A stretch of 47,745 nucleotides of DNA, counting the filler, from Trypethelium eluteriae (lineage: Eukaryota): assembly GCA_051942245.1 (NCBI GenBank). It is 2 parts of 2 records of this genome, joined end to end, with 100 filler letters (N's around TTAATTAATTAA, not from the genome) between each part and the next. Parts side by side here need not be neighbours in the genome. Positions count along the whole stretch, not along the records: positions 23,943 to 47,745 come from JAVECL010000415.1; 1 more part is not named here. One strand, given 5' to 3'. Of the stretch, positions 47,174 to 47,745 are shown piece by piece. Position 1 is the first letter of the stretch. Every line of letters begins with the position of its first letter. A model generated the notes under the pieces. That model did no database searches and had not been told where the DNA came from. It saw only the letters and a list, made by a program, of their open reading frames with translations. The translations under genes and the position numbers were made by a program.

Positions 47174-47745
47174 TATTACGGACGTGACGGGACAACTGGG
47201 AGAACCGGCCTCAATGCCTACCTTAACATCTACGATGTCCGGCCATGAACAGCCGATGAGTAGAGAGGTCGCTCCAATGTAGACGGGGAGGACGCCAATA
47301 GTGGCGGGTGCAGCCAGACCTGCCGCCGATTTCAATTGAAGGGCCCCCGATGCGGCCAGAAGTTACTCCATCAGGCTCCGATGAAAGGAGCAGTCGCGCC
47401 GATATAATCTATGATGGCGCAGATGATTTAGTGGAAGATTTGGCGGGGACGCCTGCCAGTAGCGATGCACAGAAGTCAGGCAGCAGACTACCCGGAATGA
47501 CGGATGCATCGGCTCAAGACCTGCCTACGTCTAGAGGGGCAGGCAGGATGTTATTCTACCGGAGGTTGAAGATCCTATGGATATGGATGCTGTAGATCAG
47601 TCCTCGATCCCGATCTTTGAAGGTAGAGATCCCGATAGAGGGTTGGGAACAGGGTGTAGCGATCCTGATAGCATCCTGGGTGAAGTAGCTAATTCGAATA
47701 GGATGTAGATGGACGAATCTATTAATTACCTTTGGTGAGCAGAAG
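47165..47745 (+). mobile_element. Putative polypurine tract and start of the 3' LTR
   Basis: AGGGGAGGA at the end of pol is followed by TATTACGG, which could be a mutated TGTTACGG LTR start. No second LTR copy is recognisable in the window. Confidence 0.4.

Overview
Eukaryotic DNA from a filamentous ascomycete, judged from short GT-AG introns with CTRAC branch points and from the gene families. An artificial 100-nt spacer (44 N, TTAATTAATTAA, 44 N; 23843-23942) splits the window into two halves that need not be neighbours in the genome. The left half (1-23842) is gene-dense core genome: a small secreted protein (partial), a secreted calcineurin-like 5'-nucleotidase, a disordered S/T/P-rich protein, molybdenum cofactor sulfurase (hxB), the Shr3 permease chaperone, a GPR1/FUN34/YaaH acetate transporter, a GH92 alpha-1,2-mannosidase, a thioesterase and a BAR-PH-ArfGAP cut by the gap. 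It also holds two inverted copies of a ~170-bp hairpin MITE bracketing the thioesterase, and a solo TIR fragment of that MITE. The right half (23943-47745) is an accessory, mutation-scarred island. It contains a PNP_UDP-NACHT-ankyrin NLR, a decayed DUF3435 tyrosine recombinase (Starship captain-like) with C2H2 fingers, a PD-(D/E)XK nuclease-like pseudogene, a HET-NB-ARC-TPR NLR with nonsense mutations in its repeat array, a second disabled PD-(D/E)XK-like gene of a type I associate with early-diverging fungi, a Helitron PIF1 fragment, a DUF3716-like ORF and a decayed Ty3/Gypsy integrase. Best overall hypothesis: a derelict Starship-like element carrying immune-receptor and nuclease cargo. All family calls come from recognising motifs by eye, not from database searches, and exon boundaries are read manually.
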